Positions 51,005-64,000 of a DNA stretch of 64,000 nucleotides are shown one piece after another; the stretch's first letter is position 1, and each line of letters opens with the position of its first letter. The translations under genes were made by a program, and so were the position numbers. The stretch covers positions 7,256,001 through 7,320,000 of the forward strand of contig NC_045698.1 of the NCBI RefSeq assembly GCF_009834535.1, in the 5' to 3' direction. Below the pieces are notes generated by a model that was given only the letters and a program-made list of their open reading frames with translations, had not been told where the DNA came from and made no database searches. Origin of the DNA: Camelus ferus. Lineage: Eukaryota.

Positions 51005-54000
51005 GTGAGTATTGACCTTGTGCTGGTGGAAGGCGGTGCAGTGTAAATGGTGCTCGTTTTTTCTTCCCATACTTACTTTTGTTGTAATGTGAGAAGTCCT
51101 TCTGTTCCAAGGACAAATATAATTTGTTACCTATTCCAGCAGTTGCAGCTACAGTGGAAGTAGCTGGCATCCATAAATGATGTTTTAAAACATACCTGTC
51201 TTTTAAAGGACTGTTTGGTAATGGTGGGACAGCTCGTTAAAAAAGCTGTCGTGCAGTGTGAGAAGTGTTGTATTCCACATAGTCATGTGCTGGCAGTTCA
51301 TTTAAACAGTGTTTCTAACAGCACAGACATTCGAATTCAAATTTCTTTAATTTTTTTTTTTGTGATTATTAGAATATTTACTCTGAAAACTTGTTCACTG
51401 TAGTTGTTTTACTGTATCTTAATTTGACGTGAAGCACTGTAGTTGCAGTTTCTTGGGGAAGACGTGTGTTTCATTTATTATTGATGTTAGAATTAGAAAT
51501 GCTGTAAATGATTAACTGTATCAAAATCGTTAGAATATTAAGCTTGCAAAACGTTGCGACTCTGCTAAATCTTCTTTTGTACCCAGCTGACTTCAGGTTT
51601 CTGATCTCTATGTCAGTGAAGGCAAAGAACAATATAAGACCCTCTTGTAGAACAGAAACATTCAGAGTATGTTACCATAAAAATAAGGCAGATGGCAATA
51701 GAAGAGAGCAGGAGAGCATGTTGCATTTCTGACAGAAAAGAAATCAAGAAGGAGTTCCTTAAGTGCCTTGTGTCTGCATCATTATTTTTAGTCATGGTTG
51801 AAAATACTTAGAAACATTATGCGTGTCTGTAACTTGGTTTTCCTATTTGCTGGGTATACCTTTTTGGATAGAGCAGGCAAGTTATTTAATTTATCTCTGT
51901 TTCTTTGGCAGTAAAGGGAATAGATAAGATAAAAGATTTTGAACTTGAACCTTACTTATATTAGAACAGCTTTTGAAGTAATGTTTAGAAGCAGACAGGG
52001 ATCTTGAGAATAGGGCACTAATGGCTGTGGCTGTGACAAAAAGGAGAAGCAGTAATTTGACACACTTGAGAGTTTGGAAATGATGTAATAAGATAACACT
52101 TTGTATGAAAATACTGACCTCTGAAGTGATTCAGTGGAAACAAAGAAGACAGTAGTCCTATTTCTGGACATCAGGTTTTTATTTCAGCCATCCAGAACAC
52201 AGTCTTAGTATATTGGCAAGGAGAATCAGTCTTAAATGGCTGAGGTGCCATCTCTGTGTATGTGACATAGCTTAGCCCTGGCTTCCATTTAGGAATTGTA
52301 TAGGAAATAAAAGTACATGAAAGAATGAGCGAGGGAGGTCAGAAGGAAGCAAGGGGTGACTGCTAAGAGTGATGGAAACTGTATTTTAGCGTTTATGAAC
52401 TCATTAAAGAACCATTTCAAACAGGCAGTCTTTTTCTGTTCAGTTTGAGGCTGAAGTTGTATTTTATCATTGTAGTTTTTGAGAGAACAGTGTAGCAGCC
52501 AGTCAGTAAGTATCTCAGTTGTTTAGAAAAGGTGACTCAAAGTCCCATCTGTGCTGTTCAGTAAAGTGGAGATATGTTAATTCTTTAATGGTTTCTGTTT
52601 TAAATCGCTGAATATGGTAATTTTACCAGCGCTTAAATTGGTGTGCTTTGGCTTTGTGAAAAACACTTATGTCAGTGAAAATGCCAGATAAACAGGCCGT
52701 ATTCCACTTACCTACCACTTTGACTTCTTGTTGGTGGAATCATTAAACATCTGGTTGTTTGACAGATGTGATCACTTAGGTGATGCAGCAAGGTAGCTGG
52801 TTGTAACGGGGTGGGGGGGAACCCTGATAATGGAATAAAAAAGTTCCTGCGTTTGCCAGGTTTTGGGGACCTTGAGCAAATCATTGGATAGTTCTGAACC
52901 CTGTTTCCTCATCTATAAAATGAGGAAGATCATGCCTCAGGGTTGTAGGTGGGCTGTTCCAAGACTACATTCACAAATATATGTAAAAACTGTATGTGAA
53001 TTTTGAGCACTATGTTAACATATAGCAGGATTATCACCAGAACTCAGAGGTGGTGTTTGCCTTACGTTGGCAGGATGCCCTTTTCTCTCTGACGTGATTG
53101 GCTATTGGAACACACCTGAATTGCCTTCATGCGCTTACTCATTGACACGGGAAGAATGCTGGAGGCTTGGTGGGGATAGTTGAAAGAAATTGTAAACATA
53201 GGTTGGTTTTATAATCAATCTCATGCTGCCTTTTAGAATTTGAAGAATTGAGCCAGTTTTTCTGAAAGCACTTATAACAAAATCGTTAATTTTTTCTGAG
53301 TAGTGTTTTATTTTCTCTATAGAATACATTTTATTTCTGAAGTTTTACTTAAAATTTCTTAATATCTCAGCAGCTCCTACATACCCTGTAGCTCAGTTCT
53401 TCCGGTCACTTGTCGGCACAGTACATCAGTTAACTATTGCTGCAAAACATGTGCTATTGCTATTAAAACGATTGCTGTCCCCAAAATGTAGTGGCTTAAA
53501 ACAACAGCCATTTTATTTACTCCTAATTCTGGGACTTAGCAGTTTAGGTTGGGCTCAGCTGATCAGTTCATCTGTTGGACTTGCCTCAGTTCGACATGTG
53601 TTTCACTGAGGTTGGATGGTCTAAGATGGGGTGCCTTGGTTCTTTCACATGGCCTCTCATCTTCAGAAGGCTAGCGGGGCTTCTTTACATGGTAGTCTCG
53701 GCAGAATTCCAAAAGGGTGAGGGTGGAAGCTTGAAAGCTAGAACTTAGGAAATATCACTTCTGGTCCAGACAGTTCACAGACTAGCCCAGATTCAAGGTG
53801 TGAGGGAAGGGAAAAGGATTCTACAAAGTTTGTCACCATTTAAAATCTGTAACAAGCAGTTGCTATTCTTACTGCTGATGACAAGGGAAGGAGTAGGGAA
53901 GAGGGTGTTTTAGTCCAGACCTGTCAAAATTTTAATGGTCTGGAGGGTTCTTTAATAAGGGGGTAATTACTGTTCCTCTTTTTATTAAGGTATAGTCCAG

Positions 54001-54970
54001 ATAATACCTGAGGGCAACATCAGTTCAGTTTGGAGCTATTAGGCCGAGGTCTACCCTTCCTCAGGTTCTCTGTCGAGGAAAAAAGTCATTCCATTATGAT
54101 ACTGAATTTTCTGAAGGCTGCAAAGATTCCTGAATTACCTTTGAATTATTCTGAAACCAGACATAGACCAGGGAAGGATATGCCTTCAGACAGGAAAAGA
54201 GAGAAATCTTCAGTATTACAATACTCCGTGTATTTTCATCTATCGTCATAAAGGAACCATACTTGATCTGTCTGAATTTGTTGAGGAACTAATACACTTT
54301 TGGTATATTTGCAGTTAGCATCAAAATTTAATCTGCTTTCTGAGACATTTGTAAGAGGTGCCACAGGCTTCTTTGCCTCACACATCGTGTGCTGCTTGTC
54401 TCTCAGATTCCTTTGCCTTTGTCCTCGGGCCTTTCTAGAGGCTCTTCCTGCATCTTTCTGAGTTGCTGATTCTGTTCATTTTCATGGGCTTAGGTATCAG
54501 CTAGTCAAGTTTGTTAAACTCGTGTGTAAAATAAGGACAAGGAAATTCTTAGTAAGGGTTGGACAAAGTCATTTACTGTTAGTAAATTACATATATTTAA
54601 TGCTTGGCTTTTGTCCAGTGTTTGGCTACTTTCGGTTTTTTGCTTGCTGCCTTCTTTTTTCTCAGTCATGCTCAAATAGAGGCTGGATAGCTGATTTATG
54701 TAGATCTGATGTTATTCTTTACCTTCTATAATATAAACACATATAATACAAATGTATAAATAAACATTTGTCCATCTTATAAGATAAATAAAATGTCACC
54801 ATCCTCAGAAATAACTCTTTTTTGAAAGACTGATTTTTACCAGAAAGTATGACTGACTTTTCTGGCTGTTCTTTCTGGGATTTTTATGTAAAATGAAATG
54901 TTGCTGTCTTTGGTTTCTTAATTTTTAAGTATTCTTTGGAATAATTCTACGTACTTTTTTTTTTAAATAG

Positions 54971-55139
54971 GGACAATTTATTGGCAGATTGTTTGCAGGG
55001 TTGTTTTGTGGTGACGTGCACACTGTGTGCATTCATCAGCCTTGTGTGGCTGCGAGAGCAGATAGTCCACGGGGGAGCCCCGATTTGGCTGGAGCATGCT
55101 GCCCCACCCTTCAACGCTGCTGGGCATCACCAGAATGAG
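54971..55139 (+). CDS. MARCHF6: MARCHF6 exon 6 (TDNLLADCLQG...GHHQNE)
   Basis: T-run + AAATAG acceptor, GAG|GTAACT donor; 169 nt; overlaps ORF 54981..55187. Confidence 0.98.
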
Positions 55140-56617
55140 GTAACTCCCTGCATCCCCGAGTTTGTCTTAATTTGGGGTAAGACATAAGAATTATTGGCAC
55201 CCTCTAAGACCCAAACCCTTGACTCCCATGTCCCTCATTGCAAAGCAGGACAGTGACAAGGTTTGGGAGAAGAGTAAGGAAGATGTGGAAAATCAAAAGA
55301 ATGCTATTGTGACTTAGTTTTCTAGCGAGATTGGGACTAGTGTCAGGGAGTATGCTGGAGTGCTCTTTCATTGCCTTTGCCTGGGTTAGCTGCTTCATGC
55401 TGGCTTGGAAGTTGAGAGACACACCTCCTTACAGATGCTTCTGACATGCTGCATTATATCAAGGAGGGCCCCTACCCTCTTTGTTCATTAGTTTCTTCAT
55501 GTGTAAAATGCCTCATCTTTGTTGCTTTTAGTAGAAACTTTACCAAAAATAGAAAAATTAAAACACTGTTGCTAACAGTCTTCTACAGTTTTACGTTTCC
55601 TGCATGAGAGATGATATGCTTAGATGTAAGAGCATTTGCAAGAGGTGTTGAGAAGAGGATATGATAAATGAGTTTTAGTATCTTGCTTGCTGAGAAATTA
55701 TAGGGCTGAAAATGTAAAAAAAAAAACTTACAAAAACAATTTGCACTACATAAAATTTTATTATGGAAAAATTGACTATAAAGTTAACTCAAATGATAAT
55801 TAATGACTTAATTTTTCATTTGAGGACCTTCTCTGCTTTTCTTAATGTGAAGATTAATTTCATCAAATTCCGCTATACCTTTTCTCTACAGAATTAAGAG
55901 TACAGCTTCTCCTTTGAAAACCACATATATGAAAAAAGGGACCATAAAGAAAGGATGCTGTTCTTACCTAGTATTAATACTTTTATCATTATACCTCATA
56001 TTTTTTAAGCATTTAATGCAGTTCTTTTAGAATCTTCATTGACCCCATAGGCATTCAGTGTTTTAATTAATTGCAGCTAGGTCTTTGTGTTTGGTAGGTA
56101 GCAAAACCCAGGAAGAGCCAGGGAAGTGTACATGTGGGAACTGATAAGGTCCATATGGACAGGCTTCCCCACTGAGCAGAAGTCAGAAACCTTTCCTCAA
56201 GTGTTCACTGATAACTGCGAGTTAAGTTATATATCAGTTTGTGTGTAAACAAATAAATAGACACACAAGTATATTTTCAGGCCTGAAGTGGTCAGTAAAG
56301 ACAAGAGATGCCTTATAAAGAAGGATTATGAAATGACGTGTTCAGGATAGCCAGATTTGTTAACCCGTTTTCTATAATACTCTGCGAAATGTTAATCTCT
56401 GAATTATGCTGAATGAATATGTACACTATTGAATTCTCATATACGAAGTTGATCCAAGTTCACATACATTAAGAAGAGATGCCCTTGAGAGTTGATTTTT
56501 GGATTTTTAATAAAATTTGTATCTGCTAGTTTTGTTTCTTTAGCAGGGAGAGTGCGATTTGGAAACAGAATACAACTGAGACAAGGTAGGCAGTTTCTGT
56601 GCTCCTCTGTCATTTAG

Positions 56618-56807
56618 GCTCCCGCAGGAGGCAATGGTGCTGAAAATGTGGCCCCCGAGCAGCCTGCAAACCCACCAGCGGAGAACGCGGTGGTGGGGGA
56701 GAACCCCGATGCCCAGGATGACCAGGCGGAGGAGGAGGAAGAGGAGAACGAGGAAGAAGATGACGCAGGCGGGGAAGATGCAGCCGATGCCAACAACGGG
56801 GCGCAGG
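56618..56807 (+). CDS. MARCHF6: MARCHF6 exon 7, acidic low-complexity loop (APAGGNGAEN...DANNGAQ)
   Basis: TTTAG acceptor, G|GTAACG donor; 190 nt; overlaps ORF 56648..56965. Confidence 0.97.
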
Positions 56808-58250
56808 GTAACGGTGCTGGCCTGTCCTCACCCTTCCTTCGTGACCATGAGTCCATTCCCAGCTTAGTTTGGGGAGGACTGGAGTTTTCAAAATTTAATG
56901 GGTTTGAAATTCTGTCTCTAACCTGTTTTGACTGTATTTTGGCAAACTTGCGTTTATGGATGTGAATACGCATATATTTTTTTTCTTATGAAGCAGGGCA
57001 CGTTTTGTGTTTTAAAATTCTGTTTCGCACAGATCTTTTTATAGGATGGATAGGAAGAAATTATTTGTAAGTTGGAATGGATTCTGTTTTTTAAAAAATT
57101 TGACCCAGATTTATCTTACTTCTTGGCCATTTTTATTGAGTCAGTGCAACTGTTAATATCAAAGAAGAGGAATTGAAGTGTGTACTACAGGCCAGATACC
57201 GCCCAGAGAAACCAATTTCTCACTTTCTGGAGTAAAACTCTGGAATATAAAAGAAGACTGAGACCAGCCTGGCAGTCAGCTGTCAGTGGCTCACCGCCTT
57301 CTTTTCTCTCCTCCCGCACTAGAGTTTTCCTGTTAAGCGTTGCAGTGTCTCTGGGTCCACTTATCATTGCTGGTACCTGAGTGTTTCGTGTGTCCCATGC
57401 ACTCAAAATGCCAGGTCCCTGCCTTCATGGAGTTTCTGATCTAGTGACGAAGCAGGAGTATCCAAGTGAACAAACTTGCTGTTACATACTGGGATAAATG
57501 TGCAGGTTGCTCTGAGGATGCTACTGGGGAGATACCTGTTTTAAGCAAGATTCCCCAGGTAGCTTAGAGTAAGTAATATTTGAGCTGAGACTTGAAGGAT
57601 GAGAAGAAGCTTGTTGCGTCATGGGAGCAAGAGGCCTTTGCAGGAGAGGCAGGGATGTGTTTTAGGCTCTGAGAATGTGGACTGCTGCTACCCTAGTGCT
57701 GGCCGTCATTTCCTTCTGTTAGTCTAATGCAGGAGGTCCTAACTGGTCCTCCTTCTTGCGTTCTTGCTGCACTGTATTCTTGCTCCACATGGTATTTGTA
57801 TTGCTCTTTTGCCCTTAAAATCTGTCAGTGATTTACCCGTTATACTGAAGAACGAAATAAAATCCAGGTTTCACATTCCTCTTGTGTGATCTGCTCCCTG
57901 TTTGCCTTTCATACCACATCTTCTGCCCAGAGAATTCTGGTCCCCTGGCTTCCTTACTTTTCTCAAAGCCACCAGATTCATTCTTGATTCAGAGCTGTTG
58001 AATTCCTGTTTCACATTATTTCCTTTCTCACACTATCACACTCGAGAATCATCCAATTTATTTTAAATGTTGTATTTATTTATATCTATTCTTTATTGCC
58101 TAACAAGTAAATAAATACTCAGTATGGAAAAGTTTTAAATGCGGTTTAACTTCTCAAAAACAGTTATAAAACACCAAATTAAAAGAGTATGTTTTATATT
58201 TGTAATTCAAGTTCCATTAGTAATCTTTAAACTAACAATTATATTTGCAG

Positions 58251-58312
58251 ACGACATGAACTGGAATGCTTTAGAATGGGACCGAGCTGCAGAAGAGCTT
58301 ACATGGGAAAGA
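58251..58312 (+). CDS. MARCHF6: MARCHF6 exon 8 (DDMNWNALEWDRAAEELTWER)
   Basis: TTTGCAG acceptor with ACTAAC branch-point-like site at 58231-58236, AGA|GTGAGT donor; 62 nt. Confidence 0.98.
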
Positions 58313-58916
58313 GTGAGTAAGACTTCTTTCTATTAAGCATCCTAGAGTTTTAATCCTAATATGTATCTTAAAGTTGGCTATATGTTCAGTGTATACACTA
58401 ATTTTGCAGTTACATTGGATGAAAACAGTTACCAGAACTTTAATTTCTAGGGAAAATTAAGCGATGTATTATTTGGGATGAAAATATTAAAAATACATGA
58501 TGAAGATCTACTGAAGACTTTTTCTGTCTTCTGCCTTTAATACACCCCTTGCTCCACATAGGGAGTGTTTAACTTGAAATTGTGGACTTTCAAAAATGAA
58601 GTGTTATTCTGATGCTTCAGTTGACAAAATAATACAGTTGTATCATGAAATCTTAACTGGCTCCATATCTAATGTAAGAATTAAACCCAAGATGGAGTTT
58701 TTTTTAACTTTATAATCATATGATTTGGAATAAAAGGAGATCCAAATTATAAAACTCCCATGAACAGAAGTTTTTCACTCTCTGAAAATGATAGACCATA
58801 TTGGAAGATATTGGGTACATATTATGTTTAAAGATGTTGAAAGGAAAATGAGGTTTTTTTAATAAACAGTGAAAAATTCTGTTGCATCTTGAACTAATGC
58901 ATGTTATTTATTTTAG

Positions 58917-58949
58917 ATGCTAGGACTTGATGGATCACTAGTTTTTCTA
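58917..58949 (+). CDS. MARCHF6: MARCHF6 exon 9, 33-nt microexon (MLGLDGSLVFL)
   Basis: TTTTAG acceptor, CTA|GTAAGT donor; matches the recalled peptide between exons 8 and 10. Confidence 0.97.
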
Positions 58950-61079
58950 GTAAGTAAAGCTGATTTTTTTTAACAATAGAGTTGTGACTTAATTACTTGT
59001 CTTAGTGATTCGGTGATTTCAAATTTACAGTATATGCTGGCTTTTTATCCTAAAGGTCAAAATGCCCTTTGATTTTTGATTACTTGATACGTAGGAGAAA
59101 GTCCATTTTGTGTATTGAAAATATTGGCAAAGCATAAAGGTAATGCTATTTAAAAAGGAAATTATTAAAAATACTTGATTTTTAGAAAAGAAAAATACAA
59201 AGTTGATGGTAGTTAAGAAAACTTGGGCTTTCTTTTAAAGTCTCACCTTGCAGTGATTCCTGAACTAGTGAAAATAGAGCAGCTCTTCAGTGTTCACAGA
59301 GAGGCCCCACTGTTTGCTGAACCTCACCTGTCCTTACCTTATTAGTAAAGAGTCCAACTGTAAGGTGAAGAATAGTTCTTTAAAGAACCTGTTCTTTAAG
59401 GAGCAATGATGCTGTTTTCAGGTTCTGGAATATAAAATGACTTGCCATTTGGGATTTTTAAGTAGCTTTGGGAATCAAGATGACTTTGGCTGCAGATAGC
59501 CAAACCCCAACTGACCAAAACAGTAACATAAGAGGAAGTCCAGAGAAAGGATGGGCTTCAGGTGTGCTTGATCCAGGGGCCCAGCAGTGTTATTGAAGAC
59601 CCAGATAATTTCCTTCAGTCTCCTCTGCTGTCCACAGTGTTGGCTTCCTCTTCAGGCTGGCTCTGGATGGGAGCCAGAATAGGAAGTTGAGGTTAGTAGT
59701 GTGAGGTTTTTAAGGAACATATCTGATGATAATTCATAGATTAGTGAGAATGTGATATTTGTGAGCTCCTATTCAGGGCTTGCTCACAGTCAGTGTAGGA
59801 GGTATTACCTGTCCGTATCCTCGTGTCTGTCTTGTACTTTGTCAGTCCCTCGTAGGTGAGTGATAGAGGTCGCTGAGGTAGTGGTGTTGACTCAAACCCA
59901 TTCTAATTATTAGAAAAAACCACAGGATGACTTCCTGCAGTTGTTGAACATTATTTAGCATCTGCTATGTGCCAGCTCTTATGGTAGTTCCTGGGAGAGT
60001 CAGAGGTGAATGAAATAGAGCACCTGTTTTCAGAGATGCTAGTAGTTTAGTAGAGAGAAATGAACACATAAACAAGGAACTTAAGGTAAAGACTCAGTGA
60101 CAAAAAGTGTATAGGACACAAGAGATGCAGAAGAGGGCTTAGTCAGGTCTTTCTTAGCAGAGGGGAGTTTGTCAGCAGGGAATTTTATAGAAGATAATTA
60201 GAGATTGAGGCACAAAAGGTGTTGGGGATAAGGACAGTTTGAGAGCCCTTAAGGCAGAGAAGCTGAAAAATTCAAGTGATAGGAGCTCACATGGTAAGGA
60301 ATGTAGTACTCTTCTCTTAGACAAACTGATCACCCTTCTTGCCACTTGGATTTGTGGCATTTTGGGGGCCTGGTTACAATAATGTTTCTAAAAAGAAAAT
60401 CTTACCATGTTAAGATTCATGAAAATCTTCCATCGCCCCCTTGGAAGGATCATTTAACTTGATGGTGGAGGCGAGGTGGTGAGTCTGGACCAGTGGGCTT
60501 GGATGTTCTGGTGATTGTCAGTGTGGAGCATGACAAAAGTACATGTTGGGGGGTAGTTGGGTAGGAGTCCTCTTGGAGGTGATAATGCACAACTGTGGAG
60601 TTAATCAGCGGCCAAGGGGAGAGAGGGACCAGAGAAGATCAGGTGACCTTGCGGAAGTAGTGAGAGCACACTGAAAGAAGTGCTGTACAGTTTACATGAA
60701 TATGTTGTTCAGAAATAGTGTGGTTTTCAAATTTTTCTTTATTTGGAATTTTTTAGTGTCATTTGACTTAAATGAAGTCTGATGATTATTTATGAGAATC
60801 TTTGTAGTTTGTGGTATAGAGTATTGATTTCTAAAGAGGAAATATGTATGGATTGATTTCTTTGGTTTTTTTTTCCTATACATAACATTATGAACTTCAA
60901 GTTTTATTAAGTTTAGTTTTATGAGCTCTCTAATGAAAAATGAAAAGTTGGACATGATTTCTGAATGAATTCTCAAAATTATAGTGAAAGTTTCAATCTT
61001 CTAACTAAATAAATGGGTTAAATGTAAACATAAATCAAATAAGAGATGAATATGTTTTATTAATGCTCTTCTCCTTTAG

Positions 61080-61131
61080 GAACATGTCTTCTGGGTGGTG
61101 TCTTTAAACACACTGTTCATTCTTGTTTTTG
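61080..61131 (+). CDS. MARCHF6: MARCHF6 exon 10 (EHVFWVVSLNTLFILVF); gene continues beyond window
   Basis: CTCCTTTAG acceptor, G|GTAAGT donor; 52 nt; the next expected exon was not found before 64000. Confidence 0.97.
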
Positions 61132-64000
61132 GTAAGTGATGTTTATGCTTTAATTTATGATATTATGGTAGAAGTTTAATTTTCTAGGAGCCTTATTAAA
61201 AAGATTTTATTTCATAGGAATATATGAAACAGTTTTAGACAGTCACCTGGTATAGTAAGGCCGCAGGTATACAGTTTCTTTCCTAAGCAACGCTGACTGC
61301 AGGTACTTACCACCTTTGCTTCTGTTGGGCATTTCTATCTCTTTTTTATAGAAGCTGATTTTACACTGACTTGAAAATATACAGTATCCCACTCTGAAAT
61401 TAAATTTATAATGATTATCTGTGTGTTCTACCCTATGGCAGAAGATCTTGTTTTCATTTCTTAAAATCCTGACCATAGTCTTACAGAGACCTTGGCTCGG
61501 GAGCTGTCACAGAGATGGATGCAGGCTTGAGAGAAGACTGAACTTTCCCCAAGTGTAATTCCCCTCAGAACCAGCTTCCAGGAATGCGGTCACTTCCAGA
61601 CACTTTTCACAGCTGCAGCTGTGAGGGCTCCATTGGGAGTCATGAGAGAAAGGGTTGAAATGCAGCTGACAGGTTTTTCTGCTTAAAGGAAACTGGGGCA
61701 GGTAAACCAGGGCTTTAGAGTTCAGTTCCTGCATTTCTCAAGGTGAAGCCTGATCGAATTGGGTTACTGTTAGACTGTGCTATGATTTATTTCTCTTAGA
61801 GAGACTTCAGGCTACAGATCGCTGTATAGGGAGGGTCTTTAAGAAATCCTTCCCTAGTGCATGTGAGTTACCCTCACCTCTGCTGAGGACAGGTGAGGAT
61901 TTCCCAAGTTCCTTCTGCTAAACTCCTGGTTATTTGCTCTGTTGGAGAGCAGAAAGCGGTGTCTTCAATAGGCTGTGTGGTCAAAAAGACACTGGATAAG
62001 TACATTGAGGATGAGACAAAAAATAATTATATTCTGAATATTTTCTATAAAAGAGCAAAAGAAATTTACATGCATCTTATTGAAACAGAGTATCTTTTAA
62101 AAGTTCCATTGATTCTTAATTTTCAATAGGTATTTAAGATAATACAAATTAACAGGAAGCCCATTCTTTGTTTCTCCATGCATATGGGTATAAAAATGTG
62201 TCTGCAGGTAATTCTGCATTTATTTTCCATTATATAAAATAATTGATTTATAGAATGTGAAACTGTTTTGATCATGACCGAGTTTTCTTTGAGAGAAGAA
62301 ATGATCTATAGATTCAGTGTTTGTTCTGCAAGAAAAACTTAATGCTGAATTAATATCTGGAGGAACAAGTCACCTTTAAAGCATGAATTATAGAAGTAAG
62401 AACTCATTAATACGAAGCAACTCTCAACTAAATAAATTTTTTCTAATCCAATCTCCTAAGCTTATACTATGGAAAAAATTTCACCTTAGTAAACTTGCAT
62501 ACATTATACTTAGGATCTTTTGAAATGAAGCAGGAAGTTTTCCTCTTTTTAGGAATAGACTTTTTCTTTTAGGTGGACATAGTCCTAGGGATTAAGCAAC
62601 ACTCGTTTCTTTCCTACTTGGCATTGCTTTGCTGCAGTTTTCACTAGCATTTTTAGACCTCTGTGGTCATGTGCTTTGCAGCAATAAGAACTTACAATGC
62701 TGCTGTCTTCCAGTAGAAGGGAATGATCCTGAAAGACTGACCTTAATTTCAGGATGAGTATCTAGTAGTTGCTGCATAATGGATAGGAATAGATTGTTAA
62801 AATTAGTGCTTCAAGTTGATGTTTACATATATAAATAGAGTTGAATTTGAAAGTTTACCTTTCCCTGGGGCCTGCTTGAGTCATCCTGAGAGTTGGGTGT
62901 GAGAACAAAATAGGAAAAATTCTGCATATTGTTTATTCTTACCCTTAAAAGTTTTCTTATGCTTTATAGTACACATAATATATTAGTAAAATAATAAATA
63001 TGTGTAATTTATAAACAAATGTAAAAATATTAGGAATACCTGTTCAAAAGAAAATTTCTACTTACGAATACTTGGTCACGAAGGTTTGGCAACCAGATCC
63101 TATAGATTGACTCTGATTTTGTCTTCATGATTCTTTCCTCCCCCTTTGAATCTGTACTATTCAGTTGTTTTTGCCATAAAGGGAAGATAATTAAATCTTA
63201 TTAAGAATGAATTATAATTTTATTAACATGGCAAGAAAGACTTGAGGAAAAGAGACTCTAAGAATTTTCAGTGTGAAAATTTTAAGGCTAGTTTTTAATC
63301 TAACCATAGTATCATCAAATTTTACAAAATTAACAGAATTTAATGTTACCTATCAATAGATCATATAAAAAATTCTAGATTGTCTCCTTAAATGTCATTT
63401 TATAGTTGCTTTGTTTGAATGAGGATTCAGATAAGGTCTACACATAACTTTTTTTTCTTAAGTTTTGGACAAAAATTTATTAAATTACACTAAAGTTCAT
63501 CTGTTTTTAAAACATAGGTGAGAACAGTCAAAAAGATTTTGAGAAAAGTGTACTGAGGGAGGCTTGCATTGCCCAGATACTGAAATTTTTTTAAGCTATA
63601 GTAATTAAAAATTTTTGTACAATTTTTAAAGGTTACTGTCCATTTACAGTTGTTATGGAATACTGGCTCTATTCCCCGTGTCACACATACAGTGCATCCT
63701 TGAGACATCTTACATCAGCAGTTTACTGTTACTTTTGGTTGTTGAGTCTTAAGTTCTCGTTGATCTAGAATAATCTTCTGTTTGCTCCCCTCATTTGTCC
63801 CCACCCTATTTTGCCATTGATTTGTCTAAGAGACTAGGTCAGCTGTCTCCTAAGTACCTCACTCCTGTGTTTGTCTGAATACTTACTGTTGATGTCCGCT
63901 CCCTCGCTCCTTTGTCTCCGTATTTCCTTTAAACTGGAAGTTACATCTGAGGGCCTGATTAGATTCAGGTGCAGTGCTTCTGGGACAGAACCTTCACTGG

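Noticed and set aside
56808..56965. Open frame continuing past the exon 7 donor as an alternative terminal exon
   Set aside because: About 50 open codons is within chance, and exon 8 continues the known protein; only RNA data could revive this.
1..64000. CRISPR array, operon-like system or other novel multi-gene system
   Set aside because: Eukaryotic intron-rich DNA; no regularly spaced repeat-spacer array or unexplained coding cluster was seen.

Overview
Mammalian genomic DNA, probably camelid (inferred from four tRNA-derived SINEs resembling the Vic-1 family). The main content is the 5' part of MARCHF6 (MARCH6/TEB4, ER RING-CH E3 ligase) on the + strand: a CpG-island promoter at about 25.8-27.1 kb and coding exons 1-10 (913 nt, 304 complete codons, all GT-AG, phases consistent). 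The gene continues past the window end. A second CpG island at about 8.0-9.1 kb is probably the promoter of the divergent neighbour CMBL, inferred from recalled human synteny only. The rest is mostly L1, L2, MIR, MaLR, ERV-LTR, Tigger and Charlie fossils. The most notable items are a near-full-length, heavily decayed 18S rRNA copy with spacer-like flanks in MARCHF6 intron 1, a full-length antisense RPS15A retrocopy in the same intron, an orphan CpG-rich element with two RFX X-boxes at about 13.7-14.0 kb, and a multi-level nested transposon stack at 10.2-12.8 kb. I found no evidence for a wholly new gene system, and most ORF-track entries are noise. All homology calls are from memory, not database searches, and repeat boundaries are approximate unless a TSD is given.
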